From: Balanoglossus misakiensis
Taxonomy: Eukaryota > Animalia > Hemichordata
NCBI GenBank assembly: GCA_040954595.2
Contig: CM082595.2
Coordinates: 2,899,943-2,963,942 of the forward strand
Direction of reading: 5' to 3'
Length of the DNA: 64,000 nt
Shown here piece by piece: positions 1 through 13,500 of the stretch. Each line of letters opens with the position of its first letter. Position 1 is the stretch's first letter. Position numbers and translations under genes: made by a program. The notes beneath the pieces are model-generated. The model was not told the origin of the DNA, made no database searches, and saw only the letters and a program-made list of their open reading frames with translations.

Positions 1-242
1 CGCGATCAACGTCGTTTCTTAGTACTCGGCTACTATACGAAGTTACCAAGCACCGCGGTGCAACCGTTATCACGGCCAGACGATCGGGGACCGGCTGACT
101 GATTCATCGTCTACTCTCACAATCAGATCGTGTTTGGCAACAAACACCAGGATTGATTCTAAAGTATCGCGGCTGCGTGAATCACCTTCACTCTGTCGTG
201 AATTTCTTGCAGCATGACATAACCACAAAGGGCAAAACTTAC

Positions 243-321
243 CATTTTGAAGTCACCTCTGTAATTCGATAAAATTACGATACTCTGAAACTGAACTGAA
301 ACCCGAAGCAGGAAGAGGATG
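243..321 (-). other. Possible first exon (TOP-like 5' UTR plus ATG) of a divergently transcribed gene leaving the window
   Basis: The minus strand reads CATCCTCTTCCTG at about 321-309, then AAAATG|GTAAGT (ATG at 245-243 directly followed by a consensus donor). This layout is common in ribosomal-protein-type genes. No further coding exon is visible in the window. Confidence 0.35.
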
Positions 322-633
322 TGCTCAAAATGGCGGACGTAACATACGGGTATTGTTACTCCCTAGCTTACTGTAAAAGTTCGATCATTGCGGAAGTATG
401 GGCAGTCATAATATCACCTGCATAAAAAGTGTGTTACAGTTAGTTTTGTTTGCTCAATGTCCCACCCAAATAAATAAATAAATAAATAAATAGTGCTAGT
501 AAATGTTGTTGTTCTTTTGGGCCCTCATTGTGCTTCATTTGAGATTAGAAGTCTTGTTCAGTATAGTTCAAAGTAATTTTTTATCAGATTATAGATACAT
601 GTATTGAACTTTTGGAAACCACCACGCACCCAT

Positions 634-731
<98 letters not shown>
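634..731. repeat. (CAT)n microsatellite
   Basis: Pure ATC/CAT run of about 32 units; it explains the poly-His ORF 612..797. Confidence 0.97.
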
Positions 732-732
<1 letters not shown>

Positions 733-1598
733 TAATGCATTTCAATTTTGAGTTTGGCACCAGATGTTTGGTTTCATGTTGGCACAAGATGTTATAACAG
801 GAATAAAAAAAACTTCCTTGCAAAAAAGGAGAAAACGCCCACCTATTGTTACACTACGCTATTACAATTCGTTTAACAAAAGCAATGTTCAAAAAGCGGA
901 TCTGGGATTTTTGAGCATGCTTTGGGGAATTGAACAAGAAGTGCAGAACAAAAATACTGACATAATAGCCAAAAGTTGCATCTAATTTTCATGTGCGTCA
1001 AAATGTAGCCCGTATTATATTATAGAAATCAATGTATGTGGAGTCACTTCTGAAATTAAACATTCAAAAAATTATTTTGTTCACTCACATATTATTATTT
1101 TAATATTTTGGGATACGTTTTCCCTTTTTTTTCTCTCCGTCTCCGGTCTGAGATACACTTCTCAGTTCAGACTATCAATCTTTTCATAACTTATTTCAAT
1201 TTCAAAAAATATTATTTTATATTCTTTATTATTTCGTTCATTTTTTATAAAAATGGAAAAATAAGCACTCCGTACGTGTGTCATAAAATAAATCCCCGCA
1301 AATAAATTTATGTAAATGATCCGATATCGGTTTCCGGAAATTGCCGAACAAGCTTCGGCACTTTGTCTCCTTGCGGATATACGCAAGAAGGTATAGAAAC
1401 ATACTGATATGGCTAGAAAAATCGCCGTCATCCTCCAATTTTGTTGAATTTAAGGGACCCCCTCCCGAACCATATGAAAGATGGATATTTATCCTTTATA
1501 AATCAGGTCTTATTTGTTAATTTATAGGAGATTCCGCTTGGAAACAAGCCTACGAACCGGTGGGTCTACGGCCCTACCACCCTTTCCTTCACGTTGCA

Positions 1599-4500
1599 AT
1601 GAGTGGTACAGGACAGAAGAAATCTTCACAGCAGCAGCAGCAGCACCAGGGACAATTACGGCCACAAGCCAGGTATCCTTACAATTTACTTCGTTTTAAA
1701 AAACTGTTTGTAAGACGGGAAGACATGGATCGCGAACGAATGTCGTAGAACTACAAGACGAGAGGTGGGGTAAACGCTACGTGCACTAGATGTATGTTGC
1801 ATATGTATATTGGCATTGGTCATGTCTATTGCGACACGGCCCATTTCATTGGCGGCAAGGCCATACCCGGCGAATGTCGATTTCACTGACACTCTACGCG
1901 ATCCCCCAACCCTTTCCACAAAAATAAGTTTCTGTGAGATGTACACGGACATATGTTCATGTTTTGAAGTTGTAGAAGCTCCCGTCTGGGAGATCGCTAA
2001 GTATGACGTGGCCCACATGGTCAAATAAGCTTTCCGCCGGTACATGTGACGACGATTGACATCACTGGGCAACTATGGCGTAGCCAGAAAAACATTGCTG
2101 GAATAAACGATCGTTATGTCCAGTTCATTATCTGTAGAAAATCAAAAGCAGTCAGTGTTGTGTCACATCAAAAACCGACATATGTGATCATCAAGGCACA
2201 TTTCAAAAGCAATTTTAGGAGATTTATATCGTTTCCAACACTCATAAATATGCATACATCATGTGTGTTTCGATGTCACGTTTCATTCAATGACAAATGT
2301 ATTTACAACGACTGAGTCATTTATTCTATTGGACATACCCGTTTTATTTGACGCGAGCCAAAAAATTAAATGTTCTGTTGTTTAAAAGTAAACAGTTTTG
2401 GTTTCGCAAGTACAAAATCTAAGTTTATTCTCAATTTATTCAGTCTGAAATTAAACATATTTGAATTAATAGCTGGTTATAGAACAAATCAGAAGCGTGG
2501 TGTGTACAAGACTTGTTTACAACCTTGACAAGAAATATGATTAGTCATTCTAGTGCGGTAACCAGTCTCATCACTAACTCATAATTGCCGACTTGAATTT
2601 GGCTTCATTTGCTAACGTGGTTATGCAGACATTTCGGCTGGGTGTACACAAAGGTCATTGTGCATGCGTATGTGGTGTTGCACGTACTGCTTTTGTTGAA
2701 ATACCTTTCATTCAAATATGCTTGAAATGTATTTCAAAAATGTCTGAACATAATCTGTAAAAAGTTGGCAGTGATCAGATAAAAACTTGTACAAGGGAAA
2801 AAATAAGCATGTTGTCATTATTATGGTTTCACTGGAAATCCAATCATGTGATTTGGTGAGTCATTATGAAGTCACATGTATTGCTAAACACCAAGATTTT
2901 TTTTTAAAAACTTGGTGAGCTTAGTAAACTAACTGGTTTACAATTCTAAGAAATCAACCTGTCTGAGTTCTTCACATTCTGGTATCAGATTTGGCATTTT
3001 CATTTTAACATACCAAGTCTATATTGTTTAGTTGATTTGAGTGTCCAGAGATATAAACTGCCTTTGTGACAGCTGTTGTTAGTTCAACTTCCTGGTGTTA
3101 AGACTATCTGTGATTCACAGTGTGAAAATCAGACATGAAAATTTCCCTTCAATGATGGGCGGTGATAAGTTTCGTATATGTTATTGAATCCTGTGCTATT
3201 AAAAATGAAATTTGCCAAAAATATGGCAACCTTGACTGGTCAAGTGGTATTAGTGGCTGTGTGGCCTGCAGGACAAAAGAATTTGAAACAAAGCCTTTGT
3301 GTGTTGTTGTCTCTGACCACAAAGGAATAAGAGTTCAAATTGGGGTCCAGCTTGGTACTGATTTTCTATGGGGTTAATTGCATAGTGTTCATTTCACAAT
3401 GAATAATACACATGTTTATAGAGAGGATGATTTTCTGTTTGTACATGATTTGGAGATGTCTCGTTCTGGTTGTCCTTTTTGTGTTTTTTTTGTATGATAA
3501 AATTTCAGTGTATGTACATGTAAATTCCTTGCTGGTTGTGGATCATTCCTTTGAGTTAGTTTGTGAATCGTCAACATTTCCCTGTTATTCTTGTAACATG
3601 ACGTGTTTGTCTAAGCGCAATGTGGTCTAGTCTGCTAAGATCGGGCGCCCATTTTGTCTGAACTTGGAACCAAGTACAATTGCTGTGACCACAAGCCATT
3701 TAGGTTGATATGGATTTCAAATATCGGTTCTTGTTTCTCATAAGTAAAGATTGAAGAAATAATGGATTTTGGAGACCACGTGGCTTGTCTGAAGGTTTCT
3801 TGTGGTGTTTCTTACACATACAATGTACGAATAATGGCCTTGAGATGCCATATAAAAATTTGACTGCCAGACCATAACGTTATCTGAGTAATGGGCTTTG
3901 TTTGAAATCCTACATGTGCGAGTTAGAGAACTCTTAATTATTATTGTCGGTAGTGCTCTTAGAATAATAGGGAAATGTCTCAATAAATTGTCTCAAGGTT
4001 GTTTTGGCTGATGTTAAACCAGTCAGAAGTATATAGCCTAAAAAGGTGCTGTCATACAGAAAATATTTGAGTTTGATAATTTTCTTTTGGATATAGATAA
4101 TGCCTATCCATACCACGTGTGATATGGGAAATTTCTGTTTTTGTTACGGAAAGCCAACAAAAATTAATAACTACTATTCATGATGACATTGTTTTCTATG
4201 GCCAAGTTGGACGTGGACGTGGGAATTGAGGGCGATGGGGTCAATAGCTGTGTTTTTGTTGTGACAGTCTGTTTCTCGTTGAAGTTGTTGACCTTTCCCC
4301 AGTGAATGATGCAACCTTCTAAAAATAGGGTTAGGGGTTTCCAAGGTTTCCTTACAGTGTATAACTGTGATTCCTTGTGTCCAGCTTCTTTATCTGGTAG
4401 ACAGTTGAATTCATGAAAGTGGTCCGATTGACAAAGCCACAAATACACCATTCTGAACAAAACCCTATGCTGGTTGTGAGACAGCCAGCTTGTACATTGT

Positions 4501-7500
4501 AGTTTGGAAGAAATGGCAAGTGGGAATTTTTGATCTCGTACTCGAAGTAACATTGACATTGCTCCTACAATGTAAACATGGCGCTGTTCAACATGAGATG
4601 ACCTTGCATTCTTTGGTATTGAATTATCACGATGTATAGAATTTAAGAGACCCATATTGTCAAACTCGTATGGTTGCTGAAAACCGACAATTGGCCAAAT
4701 CTTTTGTGCCATTAGAAAAAGTGTTAGAAAAATAATATGCAACTGATATGTGGACTGAGCTGGCCTCGAAGGTGCCTACCTTTCCTTCTTTGGAAAGGTC
4801 AGTCTTGGATAGAAACTTGACCAATCCTTAACCCTTTCACCACCATGGTTCAGTCTGAACCCATTGTTTTCTATGGTAATGTTGGACCTCAAAAGAGGGA
4901 CCTGGGGGGTGAAAGGGTTAAATGACCAATATGATAGCATGCTTGACTAACTGCTTCTTGTGTGACTAATACATCTTTTCACAAGCCTGACTGACCATCA
5001 AGTGAGTCCGCATGCCACATCGTTGTTACCTGTAGCCAAGATGTTTGCTAGTTGGCCTAATGAGGGCGTACTACAAAGGACAAACGAGGCCGCGGTTGTA
5101 CATTTCATGTGTCCACTTTTACAGTGTATAAATTGTTGATCAGTGTGTTCTGGGACAGCTGGTAATTTCTAGGACTTCATGCCTGGAGTGCAGCTTCACA
5201 GTGTGGATTTCAATCAGTTTGATGGTTTGATTGATGAGGTCAGTTTTCGACCTCGATTGAGAGGGTGTGGCAAGTGTGACATATCGGTCATGTACGTGGA
5301 ACTGGCAAGATGGAATATATTTCTGGAAATACATGTTATTCTTGTACAGCATTGTCTACAGAATCAGCACTTCAATATTGTGCAATTTCTAAAAATCTGG
5401 GTTTGAAATTCTGATGTCCCAGACTAGGCTGTGGCTGTAGTTTTCAGTCGTAGATTCCGGTGACAGTCATTCTGATGATTTCCAGAGAAAAAGCTGGAAT
5501 TGTTTTATATTCAGGATTGGACAACTCACGATCACAGTTTCTACCATATTGGGTGGATTGTTTCAATCCTGATTTGTTGTTTGCGTGTCAGACTTCTCAA
5601 CCTCATTCAGGAGTGATGACGAAATTGACATAAAAGAGGTCAAAACACCACAAAAGGCAATTCCATTGAATCGACCACTGCGACTCAGATTGCTACCAGT
5701 TAATGGTCATTAGCCCGCTTTGTGCCATGGATAATAAAAAGCGTTCACTTCAAGCATCGCAAAATTGTATACCATGCATTTTAACACTTGTGCACTCAAG
5801 CATACTGTCCCTGTACTTTAAATATGTTAATCACAGCATATGCTTGCATTACAAATGTCGTCAGCCAGTTTTTGATAGAGTCTAAGGTGTTGAAAATCCC
5901 AATATTCAGCTGGGCAATGCAATCTATAATAATACAATATTTTTTTAATTTTAAATTATAAATTAAAGGGAATAAAATGCATCTCGTCTTTTCTCACAAT
6001 TTGATTAAATGAAGCTCAGTTTTAGTTTTCAAGAGTGAAAATATCCTGTTTTCAAAAAACCACTTCCGGTATTTCATCAGCAGTGTACATGTTACATACA
6101 ATCCCCTGGGAATTTAATTGTAGCTTGATGTCAGATATCATATGTATAATTATGCATTTGCTGCAAATTGTACATGTAAATTAATTACATAAATTAATGC
6201 AATTAATTATGGGAGAAATTGGATAACTTTTAATCAAGCTGGTCATGCTGATCTGGGCAAAATCGGGAATTAATCATGTAAAGATGTCAAAGGTCGAATG
6301 TAATTTTAAAAAGGGGGAAAAAATGGCAGTTGTGAAATATTGGTTTTGATAAATGTTGGGGTGTAATGGAATGAATTGTTTATGGAATATTCATTGTATG
6401 TAATATGCACCTGAATAGTGACCTCAGATTGTGTATGCGTTGAATTCTCAATGAAAGTAGGCTATGCGAGGCTTAGGGGGCCTACTGTGGGGCGTTTCCA
6501 TTATGGGTTGTTCTCGTCGGTCTGGAATGCCGGTTGGCCCTTGTCGTTTGCTTGTCCTGATACCGGGCTGTTTCTCTGATACCTTTCTGGGTAAGTTCAC
6601 CCCAGTTTCTGTCAGATTGTGTTTAGTTTGTAGTGTTGTATGTCATGGAGCGTTTATCAGCACTCATTAAGTTTGAAAGCTTGTCGGAACAAGCGTGTTG
6701 AGTCAAGCTTGGTTCTACTATACACGCCCCAGACCTCTCCATCCTGTTGCATTCCTGATACTCTGTCCGTAATTTAAACCTGATTTCTCTCCTCTATGTC
6801 TTTTGTCGTTCAGAGCATAATGCACAGAGCAATTTACGGGCCATTGTACCTTTTCACCGAGCACTGAATTGTGAAATGTGCGTGGTGGTTTCACGGAACA
6901 TGTGCGTGAATGCCGACAGCAAAGGACTTTGCCCCATATGTCTGGCATATTTAGAAAATGCAAAGAAAAGGGGGCTCTGTCACACGATTTGCTGCAATGC
7001 GGTTGTAGCTCATGTGCTGCATTTAACAGATTCACCCCAGTGGTTTGGTCCAAATCAATTGTTTTCTGTGGTCAAGTTTGACCTATTTGAAGGCGTGTTT
7101 TATTGTGTTAGACAAATATTGTGTGAACAAAGAAATAGATCTGAACCAGTTCATTCTGATGTAATATGCTGTGCCGGTTCCAGTTCAATTAGGAACATAC
7201 TGTACCAGCTGTGGGCATAAACGTTATCAGATGTTAGCAAACCATTCATTGAGGCATATTGTCATTCTCACAACACTCTACTGTCAAAATTTGTGAGGCA
7301 GTCTGTGTGTACATCTGTCTCGTACCGTTTCTGTTAAACTTTCGCAAGCAATTCCTGCAAAATAGAGACAATACGTGTTTCTCACTGAATTTTAATTAAT
7401 CTGTACACTAGGTTTTTGTCATGTTGATTTTAGTTTAGTGAACATGCAAGGTACAGAACAGTTGAACTTTGTTGATTTCATCTGACAGAAATGCTTCCGG

Positions 7501-10500
7501 GAAATGCAATTTTACACAATTTTCAATGTGACATTTACAACAATATTTTCCCCAACACGTGATATTATAGTTATTGCCTGTATGGTGGTATCCAATTTAG
7601 GGTTAGGGATTTCCGTGGAGTTTTGTCGATGCCGGTAACACTTCTCATCAATTTTGATCTTGTCAGCATTTGAATTAAACATGACACGACTTGTTTCTAA
7701 TGCGATGACGGTCTCGCACATCAGGAGACAATGTTATTAACACAGTTCCTAAGGAAATGCGGCTATTACTCTGAATTCGCTATCGGAAATACATCCACAT
7801 TGGAATTGTTTATCTCACTCACTCTCAGGAATATAAATTCTTTTTCTTTCTGAATATTTAATGTACATTTATGAAATATTAACATCAGGGTATGCAATTT
7901 CTTTCACTATTAATTTTAAGAAATTCCCGAGGACAATAAATCATGAGAGAAAAAGATATGTTGCAGTGCTTTTACAGAATGATGCATCAGTTCAGATAAA
8001 TGCACCAAGACTATTTAACTTTGATATGATAGATAGCGTGCTGTGACCTTGACCGTTGGAGGTCAAAGGTCAGATTGTCTGGGGCTCGGAGACATGCCGA
8101 TTAGTATTCGTTGCGACACGCGAGTTATGTACAAGTTGTCCACGTGAAAATATTTGATAAGTGAATTCCATTAGCTGAAGGATATTGCTAGTGTTCAGTT
8201 GTGTGTTTTTAATCAGCTTTTTGTAAAAAGGAATATGAACTTCTTTCAAAATAAAGATGTGGAAATGTACCTTTGAGGTCATTGCCAGTCTAGTTTTTTG
8301 GTCCACATCGCAGTTTCAATGGATAAAGTCTCTTGCGGGCTTTACTAGTTCATTGCCTTTTTTGCTAGGTCATAGCTGTCAGTTTTCTGTCGTGACAAGT
8401 CCAAAGCTTTGTTCCATGTTTAATTGAAGGTGTAGGCAATTATAATATGCTTTGACGTGATGAATGTAAAGTGAGTCAGTGGGGGGAATTTGTAGGTGTG
8501 GCAGGCAGGCCTTGTCAATAGACAATGGAATTATTTAGCAGAGCAGTGTTGATAACGGCTTTGGTTGGGAATGTGCTTTTGCATTAACTATTCATTCCTC
8601 ATGTCTATTGGCACACGTTCTACCAAGAAAAAAATCTGTTTGGAATCCATTTTAAGGTTCATGGCTTGTACTTCAGTTTCTGACCGTGAACTCTTTCATT
8701 TAGAAAAAAATAATAATTGTGGTGATGTTTTGTGAATTACATTCCTGTGTACCATTGCGTGTATCCGTGGTTACGCTCAGTTTTCATCTTGATTGGCAGT
8801 GATAATGATAACTTGTCGTACAGTCATACGTCATCAAATACTTGACTGAGTTTTTTTTTTTTTGTCTCCCCAGAAGTTATTCAGCAGCTGCTGGTGGCCC
8901 ACAAGACGGCCACTACCGAATTCAATATCAGGTTGGTGATATTTTTTTTACTATATCATTGACCTGGTTTATCCTTATTCTGCCAAATTGGTTTGTGCTG
9001 AAGCAGGTAGTAAAAGTGACTCTTGGTCCAAACTTGAAGGATTTCTTACACATTTTTCTCTCCTACTCCAACTGCAGCAACAATTACCACCAAGACAACA
9101 TTCCCCAGCTCCTCATGATATAAGCAAGGGGCAACAACAGCCACAGTTGGCGCACACCCCACCACAAACAGTGTCAGCACCACAGCCGCCACAAGCAGCT
9201 GGAGTGGTGCCTGGGGCACAGCAGCCAATGATGCACGCTCACCACTATCAACCCAGGGCGCAGGTAAGATGACATTGCCTTAGCTTCAGACAGCGCATGA
9301 AACGGTAGTTCTGAGAAAATTCTGGAGTCATGATTTTCTGCACAGTGATGGGCACTTGTACTTGACTGCATAATACAAGGATGATAATTTGCTAGCAATA
9401 CTTAGCGTTTCTATTTTACTTCCTTCTGTAGCCATATTACCATCAACAACAACAGCAGCATCATCGCCAACACAGACCAACTGGGATGAGTATGCAAAGA
9501 CAAGTTGCACCACAATCTCAGCCAATGTACTCGACAAGTCCCGCTACACAAGTTATGCAACAGCAACCTCATCCACAGTATCAACAACAGGCGATATATA
9601 TACCACAGCAAACCATGAATGTAAGTAAAAATGCAGTTGTACATTTGCTCTGGGTTTGTGTCTAAAATTTCAGTCCTTGCTATGTGTAATTTTTCTCTGT
9701 TTACATTTGTACTTGTGATTGTCTTGAATGTGTATCTTAAGAATACATTGAAGTTAAAGGACCTTATGAAGAATGTTGTAAGTTTAGACTTGACCAATCA
9801 GTGTGCCTGTCAAAAAACTAGCCAATCACGTGTCGGGTTAGATATATGCAAATTTATTGTGTGAAAACAGCCAAGGATTGAGAGTCTGTCCTGAATAGTA
9901 CGGAATGAAAGAATGTATGTCTGTCTGGTTGAAAGGAATGCTGCAAAGCAAGGCACTACTTATACAGCCCCTCCATTTTAGCTCTCTAACCTTTGAACCT
10001 GACTAACCACCATGAAATTGATATCTTTGGAAGCTTAACATTCACTTCTCACAAGTTGGCAGACATTTTGTAGTCAGGGAGTCGAATACTGTCAAACCTC
10101 AGGCTTCTGATCATAGGAGAGTGAAAGCTATGGATATATTGTAATGAAATGCTATCGTTCTGTATCAACTTTGAGGGATAAATGTGAAGGGTAAAGTCCA
10201 GTGTGGCTGTCTTCAGTCTGTCAATAGAGGAAGCTGTCTGGCTAAAACATCGAGGGTTGGCTGCAAGCAAAATTTGTTCCATGGTTGAAGGCAGTAGTTG
10301 AGGTTTAACACTTGAGAAAATGATAAATAGGCCACCCTAATGTACAACAGAATGTTCTAGTTTCCAAGTGAATAATAAACTGTAATCGGGAAATTTCTCT
10401 GCATGAATTGTATTGTTCCAGTTCTGTGTCTGTGCACGAGCTTCATACTAAGCCCTCATTGCATCTTCTGAAAGCAAAAAAGAACCAGATTCCTTTTGTT

Positions 10501-13500
10501 ATCCAAAAAAACCACTAACTCTCAAGTTTCAAGTCTCCTTTTTTCCTCTGTATCTACTGTTAATATTCCTAGAATCCTGGTCTCTACAATGTCTCTGCTG
10601 AAGAGGGTTACAGTTTGTATATGACTAGCAACACTGCCAACAGCGGTCCAACTCATACAGTCTGGACATCGTCAAATGTACGTCTTTTGACTTGCCTATG
10701 TAATCGATTGATTTGGTGTCGTTGTGTGTCGAGTCTTGTCAAGCCGGTAGTATGTGACTTCTAGATGTCTTTCGCAGATGTTAATCCCCTTGGCGGGGAG
10801 TGCGTCTTAATGTTGCTTTAGTTGTAATTGCATCCTAGAGATCCCATCCCGTAAATGTCATGATCTGCTAATACCCAACCCTGGTCCCTCACACTTTGCG
10901 TTCATTTTAATACGTCAGTTTTGTCGGGAGCTTCTTGTAGGGCAAAGTTGGAGTGGGGATATCTCAGAACAGTTTTATTTCTGACCTGCAGGATCTTAAA
11001 ACTCGTTCAAAATATTTAAAATCAGTTTAGTGAAGTAGTCAACTTTCTGCAGGTCAGAGGTCAGGTCAGAGGTCACAAGCTTGTGCATGAGTTGGAGACT
11101 CGTAGATTTTAACGCTGCATGATTGCCTGATTTGGATATTGCATGCTTTGTATCTTGACCCTTGCTGTATTTGCCTAGATGACGCTGCTTCTTAGAAATG
11201 CTGCTTTCATATTAAAAATGAGTGATTAATCACCCCTTTCCGCGTAATGAGTGATTTTTATTGTTTTTTGTTGATTGTGAATTGTCCTGTCAAATTCAGT
11301 GTTTTCATGCGACGACAGTTCTCTGGACCATTTGAGGGGAGGGGTGGAAGGGTTGAACATGAAGATATCTTGGTGCTGATAAATTTCCTCCCGCGTAGAA
11401 TCCTTTATCATAACCTTTTCACCCCCTTCTGTGAATTGGTCCATCCACACAGTATGAAACATCAAAACTGGGCTCGACTATGGTGGTGAGAGGGGGGTTA
11501 CATTGTGAATCTAGCATGACAGCTGTGTGCCTACTCTTGCATGTAAAAAAATTGCATGGGCTCTATAACCATAAATGTGCAATGCCTTGATCAACTTTTC
11601 TATTTGACTCAAACCAGTGTGTAAATGCAAGTTAAGAACGGTTATACATGTGTCAAGTTTGAATGGAATGTTTTAAGAACTTGCCCTATTCAGCTGTGGA
11701 ATTCTGGATATGTAAGGGAGAGTCCATGAAATAAGCCACAAGAGTATGACAGGCTTTTATAGGAACAATCCTATGATGATATCAGTTTAGTTTTGTGTCA
11801 TGGTGCTTTTTTGTTCTTGGTTGTTCTCATGTGTAATGCAGCCACACCAGAAATGAAACTTGAACAAAATAGAGGTCAAGCATGTTTTTGTGGTTCATTT
11901 GTGTGGTCTTGTAAAAATTGAGTAGTTGCTATCAGTGACAAACAAATTTTATTTCTATTTTCGTAGTATCCACAAAGTGTACGACAAACCTATCAACAGC
12001 AGGTGCCTCAACAAGCCAGTGGGCAGTACATCGCTCCAAGTACGCCACCATATTACACCCAGTCCCCACCCGGCCCTAATCCTGGTAAGTAAACTGTTAA
12101 AATCACAAACTCTTGGATACATGTCCGCTGTGTGGTAATGGTTGGTAAGTCTAGTGCTACCATCGTCATAGTGATAACTGAAAATGGCCATGATTACACT
12201 CAAACAACGGCAATCTTGATGGTCTCAATATGCAACAAATATCCATCATGATAAAGCTTGCATGTGAACTTTTGATATAGGTGCAAATTTGCTTTTCAGT
12301 TGGAAGTACAGACAAAATACTTTCAATTTTACTGATCGTACATCCTTGTGTGAGAGGAACCCTTTGGTGTGCTTTGTGAAGCCTAGTGTTTAGATGTGTA
12401 GAGTGTTTTCCTTTCATGGTTTTTGTTATTTGTTTATTGTTGGTTTTGTTTGTTTATAGTTGGCCAACAAGCTGCACAGTCAGTCTCTGGCCAGGGTAAG
12501 TTGTGGCGTGTGTGTGCTGTGACTGGTGATGTGGTCATGGCTGATGTGTCTATGTTGTGCTGATGATGTATCACTCATCCTGGCCATGTATCTTGGTATC
12601 CATACAGTTGGCTATATCGTGTAATCCCAAAAGAGTTAATCCTTTGAATATAAATTGTTCGTAGGGAGTTGCGAAGGGGTGGTAGGCCTGGCCAGAAGTG
12701 TTAGAACACATGCACTGGTTTTGTCAAGGGTGGCATCCAAGTAAATGTTACCAGTGAGTCATTTTTCCAAGGTTCCTCTTAGTGTATCATGTTACTCTTA
12801 GCAGAAGTGTTTCTGGGATTCCCAAATTATTTACCAATGTGCCCCAACCTTAGCAAAACCACTGACAAGCCACATTTTCCGTCATGAACATTGGAAGGGA
12901 TTATACTCCGTGGTTCAGCCAAGATCATTCAGTATGAGCAAATACATCAGCATTAACATATCCTCTCTGTATGTGTGTGTGTGTGTATGAACATGCTAGT
13001 TAGCTGATACAGGTGTCTCGCTCTGTCCTGTGAACTAACAATGCTGATTCAGCAAAAAAGGGGAAACTGAGGCCACAGGATAATGTTTACATGTTTGTGT
13101 TCTAACAGGGTAATAGCTATGTATATGTTAACAGATTTTCTCCTAAGCAGCTGCTAAATCTGTATAGTTTCCCTATGCACACCCCTATTGCCTGTGTAGT
13201 GGTTTGATCCCATTGATGAGGGAATAATAGGATCAGTCTATTGCACAGGAAACGAAGGGGGTGTGCAAATAAAAATGAAAGTTGCAATAATGTATGTTAA
13301 GCTCTGATAACCACAGAACTGGAACGGGCTTCAATGGTGCTTCTAAGTACACATAACTTTCTTCTCTTTCTGTAATGCTTGTCACAGAGACTTGCATCAA
13401 ATATTTCAGTCGCAGATCAGTAGGATTTGCCGTATTGGCAACCTGTGGACATTTTTTTTACTAGAACTTGAGACATGCATTGCACCAGTGGTGTGTAGCA

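Noticed and set aside
612-797. Poly-His ORF
   Set aside because: Translation of a (CAT)n microsatellite; non-ATG start and no splice context.
4164-4742. 192-aa antisense ORF in eIF4G intron 1
   Set aside because: Non-ATG start and no recognisable motif; likely a chance ORF.
6464-6590. GC-richer segment with an ATG and a strong GTAAGT donor inside eIF4G intron 1
   Set aside because: Its ORF ends in phase 1, but exon 8874 needs phase 2. It might be a non-coding alternative first exon, which cannot be supported without transcripts.
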